A stretch of 63,954 nt of DNA, filler included, from an uncultured Acidimicrobiia bacterium (GTDB lineage Bacteria > Actinomycetota > Acidimicrobiia > Spongiisociales > JAOTWH01): the NCBI GenBank assembly GCA_964347285.1. It is 3 parts of 3 records of this genome, joined end to end, with 100 filler letters (N's around TTAATTAATTAA, not from the genome) between each part and the next. Parts side by side here need not be neighbours in the genome. Positions count along the whole stretch, not along the records: positions 1 to 29,960 come from CAYFYE010000018.1; positions 30,061 to 59,776 come from CAYFYE010000019.1; 1 more part is not named here. The stretch is one strand, 5' to 3'. Both the position numbers and the translations under genes were made by a program. This document shows positions 26,847-36,596 of the stretch, piece by piece (the first letter of the stretch is position 1; every line of letters starts with the position of its first letter). The notes under the pieces were generated by a model. It made no database searches. It had not been told where the DNA came from and worked only from the letters and a program-made list of their open reading frames with translations.

Positions 26847-27946
26847 TGCAGGACCTCCTCGCTGATGTGGTTGAGCGTGAGGATGCCCAGGTAGCGGCCC
26901 GCCTCGAACACCGCCGCCGCCCGGGTGTGGGAGCTGACCACCGCGTCGAGCGCCTCACGCAGGGTGTTGTCGGGGCTGAGCGAGGTGCGGAAGGGGCGCG
27001 GCGACAGCTCGGATACGGGCGAGTGGGAGTCCAGCTTGTCGCCGGGGATCCACCCCACGACCTCGTCGCCCTCGCCGACGATGACCCAGTCGATCCCATG
27101 GCGGCCCATCACGATGGTGGCCTCATCGGCCCCGGCCGAGGGCGGCACGACCGGGCCCGGATCAAGCTCGACGTCGCGAATCTTGATGAGCGACAACCGC
27201 TTGATGCCGCGATCGGTGCCCAAGAAGCCGGCGACGAACTCGTTGGCCGGCGATCGCAATACCGCCGCCGGCTCGTCGTATTGCTCCAGGCGACCGCCGG
27301 TGGCGAGGATCGCCACCCGATCACCGAGCTTGATCGCTTCGTCGATGTCGTGGGTCACGAAGACGATGGTCTTGTGCACGCGGGCCTGGAGTTCGAGCAG
27401 CTCGTCCTGCAATCGGGCCCGGACGATTGGGTCGACGGCGCCGAATGGTTCGTCCATGAGCAACACCGGAGGGTCGGCGGCCAGCGCCCGGGCTACCCCA
27501 ACGCGCTGGCGCTGGCCTCCGGACAGCTCGGCGGGGTAGCGGTGCTGCATCTCGGGGTCCAGATCGACGAGCTTCACCAACTCGGCGATCCGGGTCGAAA
27601 TGCGCTGCTTGGCCCAACCGAGCAACTTGGGGACGGTGGCGATGTTGTCGGCAATCGTCTTGTGGGGGAACAGCCCCACCTGCTGGATCACGTAGCCGAT
27701 ACGCCGGCGCAGCTCGTGGGCCTCCATCTCGGTGACATCGCGCCCCGCCACCCGGATGGATCCGGAGGTCGGTTCGATGAGGCGATTGATCATCTTCAGC
27801 GTCGTGGTCTTCCCGCATCCGGAAGGACCGACGAGGACGGCGATCTCGCCCTCGGGCACCTCCAGGCTCAGATCGGCCACCGCAGGGGCGGTCGCGTCCG
27901 CGAAGACCTTGGTCACCCCGTCGAGACGGATCATCGGCTCGCCCAT
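26843..27946 (-). CDS. Osmoprotectant ABC transporter ATP-binding protein with CBS domains
   Basis: GPSGCGKTT, LSGGQRQR, LMDEPFGAVDP. Confidence 0.92.
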   Translation of the reverse strand: MGEPMIRLDGVTKVFADATAPAVADLSLEVPEGEIAVLVGPSGCGKTTTLKMINRLIEPTSGSIRVAGRDVTEMEAHELRRRIGYVIQQVGLFPHKTIADNIATVPKLLGWAKQRISTRIAELVKLVDLDPEMQHRYPAELSGGQRQRVGVARALAADPPVLLMDEPFGAVDPIVRARLQDELLELQARVHKTIVFVTHDIDEAIKLGDRVAILATGGRLEQYDEPAAVLRSPANEFVAGFLGTDRGIKRLSLIKIRDVELDPGPVVPPSAGADEATIVMGRHGIDWVIVGEGDEVVGWIPGDKLDSHSPVSELSPRPFRTSLSPDNTLREALDAVVSSHTRAAAVFEAGRYLGILTLNHISEEVLQ

Positions 27947-27986
27947 TGCAGGGTCAGGCTAGGGCGAGTCCATTCCTGTCTCGCCG

Positions 27987-28934
27987 TCAGGCCGAGCCGG
28001 GATGGGTCGGTGGCTTCCGTCCCCGGCGCAACCGTCCGGCGACATATCCCGTTAGCTGGGCGTAGCCGAATACGAGGTGGGCCCACGGGATGAAGAGGTA
28101 CTTGCCCGGCCCCGTGGCCCACCGGTACTTGTACCTGGTCCCCCGGGCGGTGGCGGCGGCCAGGGGGAGCACAACCAGGGGGACGGCCCAGGACCAGACG
28201 AGCAGGGCGCCGGCCACGGCGAGCGAGGTTCCGAAATACAGGAGGAAGCGGCGCTTGAGGTAGAAGCGACTGAGGCCGGTGATGCCGTCCCAGCGGCCCC
28301 AGCGGAAGCCGGTCCGGGCCAGGTCGATGAATCGCTCCGGTGGGGTCCAGCGCACCACGGCATCTCCAGCGAAGGTCGGCACATGCCCGGCGGCCAGCAG
28401 TCGCTCGTCGAAGAGTGAGTCCTCGGCAAATTCCACGCCCTCGGGGAATCCGCCCACTCCCTGCCATGCCGCCCTGGTGAACGCCATGGAGCGGGCCGAG
28501 GGGAGGAATTGGCCGGGGCGGACCTCCTCGAGCACGTACACCATGACGAGGCCCATGCACGTGGAGCGAAGGGAGGGACCGGCCGGACGGTAGAACCCGG
28601 CCACCCAGGTGGCGTCCCGATCGAAGGGTTCGGTCAGATTCTCCAGCCAGTCGGGTTCGGCGACGCATCCTCCATCGATGCAGGCGATCCGATCGTGGAC
28701 GGCCGCCCTGATGGCGGCGTTGCGGCCCGCCGAGCGGTCACCGGGGTGGTCGATGACGCGCAGCGACGAATGGCGAGTCGCCAGCTCGTCGAGGAGCCGG
28801 CGCGTCCCATCGGTCGAGCCGGCGTCGGCGACGACGATCTCGTCGGCAGGCCGCGACTGTCCGAGCAGGGAACTCACCAGGGCGTCTATGGATGAACGCT
28901 CGTTGAAGACCGTGGTGATGACGGAGACGTTCAG
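27987..28934 (-). CDS. Glycosyltransferase family 2
   Basis: VSVITTVFNE, EIVVADAGSTDGT, GRNAAI, GGFPE....ED; start uncertain (CTG after GGAGG). Confidence 0.85.
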   Translation of the reverse strand: MNVSVITTVFNERSSIDALVSSLLGQSRPADEIVVADAGSTDGTRRLLDELATRHSSLRVIDHPGDRSAGRNAAIRAAVHDRIACIDGGCVAEPDWLENLTEPFDRDATWVAGFYRPAGPSLRSTCMGLVMVYVLEEVRPGQFLPSARSMAFTRAAWQGVGGFPEGVEFAEDSLFDERLLAAGHVPTFAGDAVVRWTPPERFIDLARTGFRWGRWDGITGLSRFYLKRRFLLYFGTSLAVAGALLVWSWAVPLVVLPLAAATARGTRYKYRWATGPGKYLFIPWAHLVFGYAQLTGYVAGRLRRGRKPPTHPGSA

Positions 28935-29004
28935 GGCTCCTCCCCGACGGCGGTGCTGATCGTACCGAGCGACGGCACGCGTTCCCGCCCCGAGCGTCGG
29001 CGAG

Positions 29005-29960
29005 CTACAGCGACCGGTAGAGCGCGTCGACGAGCGCTCGAGATCTGGTGGTCGAACCGGGGGCCGCAAAGAGCAGCTGATTGGGGGTGTAGGCGAACCC
29101 GATCCCGTCCACCGGGTCGCCGAAGGCCAGCGATCCACCCAGACCGCCGTGCCCGAACGCCTCCGGGTTGGGCCCGAGCGGGAAGTCGGCGGTCGACTTG
29201 GCGAAGCCGAGCGCGTACGCCGTTTCGAACAAAAGGACCGTGTCGAAGCCCCGCACCTGCTCGACACTGTGGGCGGTGATCGATCGCTCGGAGGCGATTC
29301 GGACTCCGTCGAGCGTGCCGCCCACGGCCAGGCAGCCGTACATCCGGGCCAGGCTGCGGGCGGTGCCGATGCCTCCGGCGGCCGGGATCTCCGCCGACCG
29401 GACGACCGCGCTGTTGAAGAACTCGGCGACCCGCCCAATGCCGTGCTCTCCCACGAAGTGGGCCCGTCCGGTCCACGTGTCGGGTGTGAACAGGGACAGG
29501 TAGGCGGCCACGGCGGGATCGATCGGGTCCGGGGCGTCGCGCAGGTCGGCCACCCGGGAGTGAAAGGCCTCAGGGGTACCGATCCAGAAGTCGAGACCGA
29601 GCGGCTCGGCCACCTCGTGGCGGAACACCTTCCCCAGGTCGGCACCGGTGATGCGACGCACGACCTCCCCAAGGATCCAGCCGAAGGTCAGCGCGTGATA
29701 GCCGTGCTGGGTTCCGGGCTCCCAGAGCGGGGCGGCCACGGCCAGGCCGGCCCGGATGGCCTCGGGGGCGGCCCAATGGTCCTCGAGGTTCAGCACGTCG
29801 TTGTAGGACGGGAAGGTGATCACCCCCGAGGTGTGGGTGAGCACCTGCTGCACCGTGATCGATTCTTTGCCGGCGTCGGCGAACTCCGGCCAGTAGGCGG
29901 CTACCGGCGCGCCCACGTCGAGCTCGCTCCGGTCGGCGAGGATCTGCACCACCAGGGCTA
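29005..29960 (-). CDS. Serine hydrolase, beta-lactamase/esterase family (5' truncated by gap)
   Basis: YWPEF...GK, WEPG..HGYHALTFGW, FGHGGLGGS. Confidence 0.9.
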
Positions 29961-30060
29961 NNNNNNNNNNNNNNNNNNNNNNNNNNNNNNNNNNNNNNNN
30001 NNNNTTAATTAATTAANNNNNNNNNNNNNNNNNNNNNNNNNNNNNNNNNNNNNNNNNNNN
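29961..30060. other. Artificial contig linker (N-TTAATTAATTAA-N)
   Basis: All-frame stop spacer at 30005-30016 within N run. Confidence 0.95.
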
Positions 30061-32355
30061 GGGTCCGGACTGGAGGACTACGGCGGGGCGGCTCGCTTCG
30101 TAGCCCTGGTGAAGCAACAGCAGGCGATGGCGACCAACCCGGTGACCTTGTCCTCCGGCGATAATTTCCTAGCCGGGCCCGAGTTCAGCCTTTCGCTGGA
30201 CAAGGGGATCCCCTTCTACGACACGATCGTGTCGGAGGCCATCGGGTACGACGCCGTCAACTTCGGCAATCACGACTTCGACTTCGGTCCGGACGTGCTG
30301 GCCGACTTCATCGGAGGCTTCACGGTGCCGCCTCCCTACCTGGGGGCCAATTTGGACTTCAGCGCCGAACCCGAGCTGAAGGCATTGGTGGACTCCGGGG
30401 TGATCGTTCCCAGCACGACGCTCACGGCAGGCAGCGAGACAATCGGCGTCATCGGCGTCAACACGCCGAACCTGGCCTCGATCTCGAGCCCGCGCGGAGT
30501 CAAGGTCGATGCCGACGTGGCAACGGTCGTGCAAACGGAGGTCGACAAACTTGACGCGGCTGGCGTCGAAATCATCATCCTGACCAGCCACCTCCAGGAC
30601 ATCGACAACGAGATCGCGCTGGCCAAGGAGCTGACTGGTGTGGACGTGATCATCGCCGGCGGAGGCGACGAGCTGCTGGCCAACGCAGGCGACGTCCTCA
30701 TCCCGGGCGACGAGCCCGATTCCGACTACCCGGAGTATCCGGTGGTCGCCAAGGACAAGGACGGCAAGGACGTTCGGATCGTCACCACCAGCGGCGAGTA
30801 CCGGTACCTCGGCAAGCTCGTCGTGACCTTCGACGGCATGGGCAACGTAGACACGGCGACTGGTGGACCGATTCGGGTCTCGGGGGTCGCTCCCGATGCG
30901 GTGACGCCGGATCCGACCATCCAGACGACGGTGATCGATCCCGTCGAGGCCGGCTTGGCCGCCCTCGACGCCGACGTTATCACGACGAGCACCGTCGCCC
31001 TCGACGGGCGGCGCAACTCGGTGCGGTTCCGGGAGACCAATGAGGGCAACCTCATCGCCGACGCGTTGCTGCGATCGGGTCGGAATCTGGCCGCCAAGTA
31101 CGGTGCCAAGTATCCCGACGTGGCCCTCCAGAACGGGGGTGGCATCCGCAACAACACCCTCATCCCGGCTGGGCCCCTGTCGGTGCTGGACACGTTCGAC
31201 ATGGTGCCGTTCCCGAACTTCGTCTCGGTGGTGTCCAACGTGCCTGCGTCCCAGTTCAAGGAGATTCTCGAGAACGCGGTGTCGCGGGTCGACGGCCTCA
31301 CCGGGGGAACCGGGCGGTTCGCCCAGATCGCCGGGTTCATGATGGTGTACGACCCGTCGCGGCCGGCACAGTCCGTCGATGACGACGGAAAGGTGACGTC
31401 GGCCGGAAGCCGGATCCGGTACGTAGAGCTCAACGACGGGACGGTGATCGTGTCGAACGGGGCGCTGGCCGCCACCGCTCGGCCGATCACCATCGCCACG
31501 ATCGACTTCCTGGCAAGGGGCGGCGATCAGTATCCCTTCCGGGGTCTTCCTTTCGCGGTGCTGGGTTTGAGTTACCAGCAAGCGGTGCAGGACTACCTCG
31601 CTACAGGGATTCCGATCAACGCCACCAACTACCCGGAGGGAGGCGAGGGCCGAATCCGTCTCTCCTCCAAGCTGGCTGGGTCGGTGAATCCCAACAGCGG
31701 GTTGTGGGTCCTGGGCGGCAACGATCCCTTCTTCTTCGGCGATCCGGGGGACGTCCCGTTCGCCGGCGACTGGGACTGTGACGGGTTGGATACTCCCGGT
31801 CTGTTCCGTTTGTCGGACGGCCGGGTCTACCTGCGGAACTCCAACGACTCGGGGGTCGCCGACATCGACTTCTTCTTCGGCAATCCCAACGACATCCCCC
31901 TGGCGGGCGATTTCGACGGCGATGGCTGTGACACGGTGTCGGTGTACCGGCCTTCCGAGTCCAAGGTGTTCGTGGTCAACGAGCTCGGCACCGACGGCGG
32001 TGGCCTCGGTCCGGCGGAATTCTCCTTCACGTTCGGCAACCCGGGTGATGACCCGTTCGTTGGCGACTTCGATGGAGACGGGGTCGACACGGTCGGCCTG
32101 CATCGTGCCACCACCGGCCGGGTCTACTTCCGCAACAGTCTCGATTCGGGACCGGCCACCTTCGATTTCATCTTTGGAGATCCGGGTGACACGTTCCTGG
32201 CCGGGGACTGGGATGGAAATGGGACCGACACCGTGGGCGTGGTGCGAGGCGGCACGTTGCTGTTCCGCAACTCGAACACGGCCGGTTTCGCGCACGGATC
32301 GGTGCCGTTCGACAACGACATCAACGTGCCCGTGGTCGGGCGGTTCGGGAAGTAA
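30061..32355 (+). CDS. 5'-nucleotidase/metallophosphoesterase with C-terminal GDWDGDG repeats (5' truncated)
   Basis: SSGDNF, GNHDFD, GGG, NGGGIR, FLARGGDQYP; C-terminal repeats. Confidence 0.9.
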   Translation, partial: GSGLEDYGGAARFVALVKQQQAMATNPVTLSSGDNFLAGPEFSLSLDKGIPFYDTIVSEAIGYDAVNFGNHDFDFGPDVLADFIGGFTVPPPYLGANLDFSAEPELKALVDSGVIVPSTTLTAGSETIGVIGVNTPNLASISSPRGVKVDADVATVVQTEVDKLDAAGVEIIILTSHLQDIDNEIALAKELTGVDVIIAGGGDELLANAGDVLIPGDEPDSDYPEYPVVAKDKDGKDVRIVTTSGEYRYLGKLVVTFDGMGNVDTATGGPIRVSGVAPDAVTPDPTIQTTVIDPVEAGLAALDADVITTSTVALDGRRNSVRFRETNEGNLIADALLRSGRNLAAKYGAKYPDVALQNGGGIRNNTLIPAGPLSVLDTFDMVPFPNFVSVVSNVPASQFKEILENAVSRVDGLTGGTGRFAQIAGFMMVYDPSRPAQSVDDDGKVTSAGSRIRYVELNDGTVIVSNGALAATARPITIATIDFLARGGDQYPFRGLPFAVLGLSYQQAVQDYLATGIPINATNYPEGGEGRIRLSSKLAGSVNPNSGLWVLGGNDPFFFGDPGDVPFAGDWDCDGLDTPGLFRLSDGRVYLRNSNDSGVADIDFFFGNPNDIPLAGDFDGDGCDTVSVYRPSESKVFVVNELGTDGGGLGPAEFSFTFGNPGDDPFVGDFDGDGVDTVGLHRATTGRVYFRNSLDSGPATFDFIFGDPGDTFLAGDWDGNGTDTVGVVRGGTLLFRNSNTAGFAHGSVPFDNDINVPVVGRFGK

Positions 32356-32382
32356 CGAGTAGCTGAAAGCGCTCGTCGGTCT

Positions 32383-32411
32383 GAGGGGCCCTGCGAGAAA
32401 CGGGGCCCCTC
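32383..32411. terminator. Hairpin between convergent genes
   Basis: GAGGGGCCCTG-N7-CGGGGCCCCTC. Confidence 0.6.
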
Positions 32412-32508
32412 GGACTGGGCTGTGCGAGATGAATAGGCGCCGAGGGTCGGGCGCGCCGGCAGTGGCCCCCGGCGTTATGTCGACGAGCGTGGTGGCGTGG
32501 GTTCGGCG

Positions 32509-32988
32509 CTACCCCTGGAGGTGCGCCTCGAGGAACCAGAGGTGCTTGTCGATGGTGCGGGACACCTCGGTGAACAGGTCGGCGGTATCCATGTCGCCGT
32601 GTCCCTCGGCGGTAGAGATTGCCGCCCGTATCTTGGCGGCGAAGTCTGCATAGCGGTCCGCCAGGGCGTTGACGTGTCCCATCCCATCGTGGAGGTCGCC
32701 GGGGTACTCCTGCAACGACGACGCTGAAGCTGCCATACGGGCGGTGCCGTAGGCGGTGCCGCCGAGGGTGGTGGCCCGCTCGGCAATCATGTCGACGTAG
32801 GGGAGCACTCCTCCCGCCAGCTCGTCGAAGAGCTCATGGAGCTGGATGAAGTCCGACCCCTTGACGTTCCAGTGGGCTTGCTTGGCCTGGGTGTAGAGGT
32901 CGAGGGCGTCGCCCAGGCGGGCGTTGAGGAGGTCGATGAGCGCCTTGCGCTCCTCCTCGGGAAGATCGATACGGGTTTCGTGGAGCAT
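32509..32988 (-). CDS. dps: DNA starvation/stationary phase protection protein Dps
   Basis: KQAHWNVKG..FIQLHELFDE, DMIAERA..LGG, DKHLWFLEAH. Confidence 0.96.
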   Translation of the reverse strand: MLHETRIDLPEEERKALIDLLNARLGDALDLYTQAKQAHWNVKGSDFIQLHELFDELAGGVLPYVDMIAERATTLGGTAYGTARMAASASSLQEYPGDLHDGMGHVNALADRYADFAAKIRAAISTAEGHGDMDTADLFTEVSRTIDKHLWFLEAHLQG

Positions 32989-33078
32989 GGGATGTACCTC
33001 GTTGGAGTTGGCTGCTCCAACGATAGGCAGGCTTCATGACTGGGGCGCCCGGTATCCCAGCGATTGGAGCGAGCTCGG

Positions 33079-33390
33079 TCCCCCCAAGCGAACGAAGTGA
33101 GCGTTGGGGGGAAGGTACCGCAGGCCGACCGAAGGGAGGCCTGGGGTAGGGGGGCTTGGGGGTAGTGGCGAGGAGCGTAGCGACGAGGCGAGGGGGGCTC
33201 GAAGGCTGGGGTAGGGGGCTTCCGCGCGGCCACACGCGCCCCTCCGCCCCTTCGGGGCACCTCCCCCTCGAGGAAACGGGGAGGCCGGCGAAGCCGGTAG
33301 GAGGCTCCCGCGTCGCAGAACGCGCCCCCTCCGCCCCTTCGGGGCACCTCCGGGGGAGGAAACGCGCCGGGGCACCTCCGCCGGGAGGGT
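33079..33390. repeat. Cluster of GC-rich palindromic repeats (left of aco operon)
   Basis: CCCTCCGCCCCTTCGGGGCACCTCC at ~33240 and ~33327, partial at ~33368; CTGGGGTAGGGGG(G)CTT at 33141 and 33206. Confidence 0.75.
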
Positions 33391-33459
33391 CGCCCCGTGA
33401 CCGCACTCTCGTCGCAATAGGGTGAGGGTGTCGTGGCCGCTTCACCCACTCCTGATCCG

Positions 33460-34470
33460 ATGGCCGGCACGGATAGCCCGGTGGTCGGCCTCATCGCCAA
33501 CCCGGTCGCCTCCAAGGACATCCGGCGGTTGGTGGGCCTGGCCCGGGTGGTCGACGTCGAGGAGAAGGCCAACCTCATCGCCCGATTGCTGGCCGGGATG
33601 ACCGCCGGGCCCCCGGTTCGGGTGCTGGCGCTGGCAGATGCCGCGGGCCTGGTGCGTCGGGCGCTGCGGCTGGCTCGGAACACGACGCCGCCCGTGGAGT
33701 TCCTGGCCGTCGAGGCGGAGGCCAAGGAAAGCGACACCAGACGGGCGGCCGAGCAGCTGGCCGCCTCGGGCGCGACCGCGGTGGTGACCGTCGGAGGCGA
33801 CGGCACCATCCGTTCCGCGGTGGAGGGATGGCCGCAGGCTCGGCTCGTGCCGGTAGCGGCCGGCACCAACAACGCGGTGGCGATAGCCGACGAGCCGACG
33901 GCGGTGGGTCTGGCGGTCGCCCTGGCAGCGAACGGCCTCGTTCCGGATGACGCGTACAGACGGCTCACCACCCTGGCCGTCGATACCGGCGCCGACTCGG
34001 TCAGCACGGCCGTCGTGGATGTGGTGGGCGTCCGCACCCACTGGACGGGGGCTCGGGCCCTGTGGGAGCCGAACGATCTCGTGGAGGCGGTGATCGCCAA
34101 CGTGCGTCCCACCGCAGTGGGAGTCGCTTCGATTGCCGCCGGGCTGGGCCCGCTGGGAGCCGGGCACGTCCGCTACGTCCGGTTCGGTCCAGGTGCCACG
34201 GTGCGGGCCCTGCTCGGCCCAGGGCTGGTCGCCGACGTCTCGGTGGCCGACTACCGGGACATCCCGGAAGGGACCCGCCTCCACCTCGATGCCGCCACTC
34301 GTGTGGTGGCTCTCGATGGTGAGCGACGCTTGGTGCGCGCACCCGCCCACGTGGAAGCACGACCCGGCCCACTCCTCTTGTCGGTACCCAGGGCCCTCGA
34401 GAGCGGAAGGGGCCGCCCCGGCCGAAAACACGTCGAATCGACCCCGGCAGGCCCCTTGGTGGAGGAGTAG
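33460..34470 (+). CDS. acoX: Acetoin catabolism protein X (NAD kinase-like)
   Basis: VGLIANP.ASKDIRRLV, GGDGT, GTNN, ALDGER; adjacent to acoABC. Confidence 0.8.
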   Translation: MAGTDSPVVGLIANPVASKDIRRLVGLARVVDVEEKANLIARLLAGMTAGPPVRVLALADAAGLVRRALRLARNTTPPVEFLAVEAEAKESDTRRAAEQLAASGATAVVTVGGDGTIRSAVEGWPQARLVPVAAGTNNAVAIADEPTAVGLAVALAANGLVPDDAYRRLTTLAVDTGADSVSTAVVDVVGVRTHWTGARALWEPNDLVEAVIANVRPTAVGVASIAAGLGPLGAGHVRYVRFGPGATVRALLGPGLVADVSVADYRDIPEGTRLHLDAATRVVALDGERRLVRAPAHVEARPGPLLLSVPRALESGRGRPGRKHVESTPAGPLVEE

Positions 34471-34567
34471 GTTCTGGAAAGAGCCCATAAGGGGCGGAGT
34501 ATCGGCGGTGGTCCTCCGTGCGGCCGGCGCGTCGCGCCGCGGACCACCCGGACGACGGGAGGTATGG

Positions 34568-35554
34568 ATGGAGATACCCAAGGAGCATCTGGTCGACATG
34601 TATTCGGCCATGGTGAAGATCCGCTACTTCGAGGAGCGGCTCCGGGAGATCTACTTCGAGGGCAAGCAGCCGGTGTTCGACATTGCTGCGGGACCGGTAC
34701 CGGGTGAGATGCACTTGGCCGCCGGCCAAGAACCGGTGGCGGTGGGAGTCATGCCCCACCTGCGGCCCGGCGACGCTATCACGGCCACCCACCGGCCCCA
34801 CCACGTGGCCATCGCCCAGGGCTTGGACCTCAAGCAGATGGCGGCGGAGATCTTCGGCAAGGACACCGGCTTGGGCCGGGGTAAAGGTGGGCACATGCAC
34901 CTGTTCTCGGTGGAGCCCAACTTCGGCTGCTCGGGCATCATCGCCGAGGGTATGCCGGTAGCCGTTGGTGCCGCCCTGGCGTTCAAGAAGCTCGGCAAGG
35001 ACAACGTGGCCCTCTCCTTCTTCGGGGAGGGAGCTGCCAATCAGGGCGGCTTTCATGAGTCGCTGAACCTGGCGGCCCTGTGGAACCTACCGGTCGTGTT
35101 CATCTGTGAGGACAACGCGTACGCCATCTCGGTCCCCAAGACCGCTTCAACGGCGGTGGCCGACAACAGCGACCGGGCGTCCGCCTACGGGATGCCAGGG
35201 GTGCTGGTCTCGGAGAACGACCCGGTGGCCGTTTACGAGGTGGCGGCAGAGGCAATTGCCCGGGGCCGGGCCGGAGATGGCCCGAGCCTCATCGAGGTCA
35301 AGACCGATCGGTTGTGGGGTCACTTCGAAGGCGACGCCGACGCGTATCGGAGCGACGAGTTCAAGACGGCCATGGCCGAAAGGGACGCCGTCGAGAGCTT
35401 CGGACGCCGGCTGGCTGAGGAGGGACTGCTGAGCCCCGCCGAACAGGAGAAGATCCGCAAGGACATGCAGCTCCAGGTCGACGAGGCGATCGACTTTGCC
35501 CGTTCCAGCCCGTACCCGAACCCGGAGGACGCCCTCCTCCATGTGTTCGCCTAG
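34568..35554 (+). CDS. acoA: TPP-dependent acetoin/2-oxoacid dehydrogenase E1 alpha
   Basis: HLAAGQE, THRPHH, GKGGHMH, FGEGAANQG...N, GHFEGD. Confidence 0.85.
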   Translation: MEIPKEHLVDMYSAMVKIRYFEERLREIYFEGKQPVFDIAAGPVPGEMHLAAGQEPVAVGVMPHLRPGDAITATHRPHHVAIAQGLDLKQMAAEIFGKDTGLGRGKGGHMHLFSVEPNFGCSGIIAEGMPVAVGAALAFKKLGKDNVALSFFGEGAANQGGFHESLNLAALWNLPVVFICEDNAYAISVPKTASTAVADNSDRASAYGMPGVLVSENDPVAVYEVAAEAIARGRAGDGPSLIEVKTDRLWGHFEGDADAYRSDEFKTAMAERDAVESFGRRLAEEGLLSPAEQEKIRKDMQLQVDEAIDFARSSPYPNPEDALLHVFA

Positions 35555-35563
35555 GAGGCGGCG

Positions 35564-36586
35564 ATGACCACGACAACGACAGAGCGCAAGCTCACCACTC
35601 AAAAGGCAATCGCCGAGGCCGTGGCTCAGGAGATGGAGCGGGACGACACCGTGTTCGTCATGGGCGAGGATATCGGCGTATACGGCGGGATATTCGGCGC
35701 CACCGAGGGCCTGCTCGATCGATTCGGGCCGGAGCGGGTGATGGACACCCCGATCTCGGAGACCGGGTTCATCGGGGCGGCCATCGGAGCGGCGGTCAAC
35801 GGGCTTCGGCCCATCGCCGAGCTGATGTTCGTGGACTTCTTCGGCGTGTGCATGGACCAGATCTACAACAACATGGCGAAGATCCACTATTTCTCGGGCG
35901 GCAACGTCAAGGTGCCGATGGTGCTCACCACCGCGGCCGGCGGCGGGTACTCAGACGCCGGCCAGCACAGTCAGACCCTGTGGGGGACGTTCGCCCACCT
36001 TCCGGGGATGAAGGTGGTGATTCCCTCGAATCCGTATGACGCCAAGGGTCTGATGATTTCGGCGATCCGGGACGACAACCCGGTGCTGTACATCTTCCAC
36101 AAAGGCGTGCTCGGTTTGGGGTGGATGACCCACAATGAGCGAGCCACCGGAGGGGTGCCCGAGGAGCCGTACACGGTTCCGATCGGCGAAGCTGCCGTAG
36201 CTCGGGAAGGGACCGACGCCACCGTGGCGACGGTCAGTTTGTCGGTACACCGGGCGCTGGACGCCGCCGAGCAGTTGGCGGAAGAAGGCGTTTCTGCCGA
36301 GGTGCTCGACCTGCGGTCGCTGGTCCCGTTGGACCGGGAGGCGATCGTGGAGTCGGTCCGCAAGACCCGCCGGCTTTTGGTAGTCGACGAGGACTACCGC
36401 AGCTTCGGGATGACCGGCGAGGTGATCACCACGGCCATCGAAGGGGCCTTCGACTATCTGGATGCGCCTCCGCAGCGAATCGCCATCCCGGACGTGCCGA
36501 TCCCATACAGCAGGCCTCTCGAGGAGTTCGTGATGCCGGATGCGGCCAATATCGTCGCCGGAGTGAAGTCGCTGCTGGCAGCCTGA
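35564..36586 (+). CDS. acoB: Acetoin/2-oxoacid dehydrogenase E1 beta
   Basis: GEDIG.YGG, DTPISE, ELMFVDF, QHSQ, DLRSLVPLD. Confidence 0.87.
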   Translation: MTTTTTERKLTTQKAIAEAVAQEMERDDTVFVMGEDIGVYGGIFGATEGLLDRFGPERVMDTPISETGFIGAAIGAAVNGLRPIAELMFVDFFGVCMDQIYNNMAKIHYFSGGNVKVPMVLTTAAGGGYSDAGQHSQTLWGTFAHLPGMKVVIPSNPYDAKGLMISAIRDDNPVLYIFHKGVLGLGWMTHNERATGGVPEEPYTVPIGEAAVAREGTDATVATVSLSVHRALDAAEQLAEEGVSAEVLDLRSLVPLDREAIVESVRKTRRLLVVDEDYRSFGMTGEVITTAIEGAFDYLDAPPQRIAIPDVPIPYSRPLEEFVMPDAANIVAGVKSLLAA

Positions 36587-36596
36587 AGGGAGCGTT

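Noticed and set aside
30005..30016. TTAATTAATTAA motif (also 59821-59832)
   Set aside because: Artificial all-frame-stop contig linker embedded in Ns
33079..33390. Repeat clusters as a CRISPR array
   Set aside because: Degenerate copies, irregular spacing, no unique constant-length spacers and no cas genes
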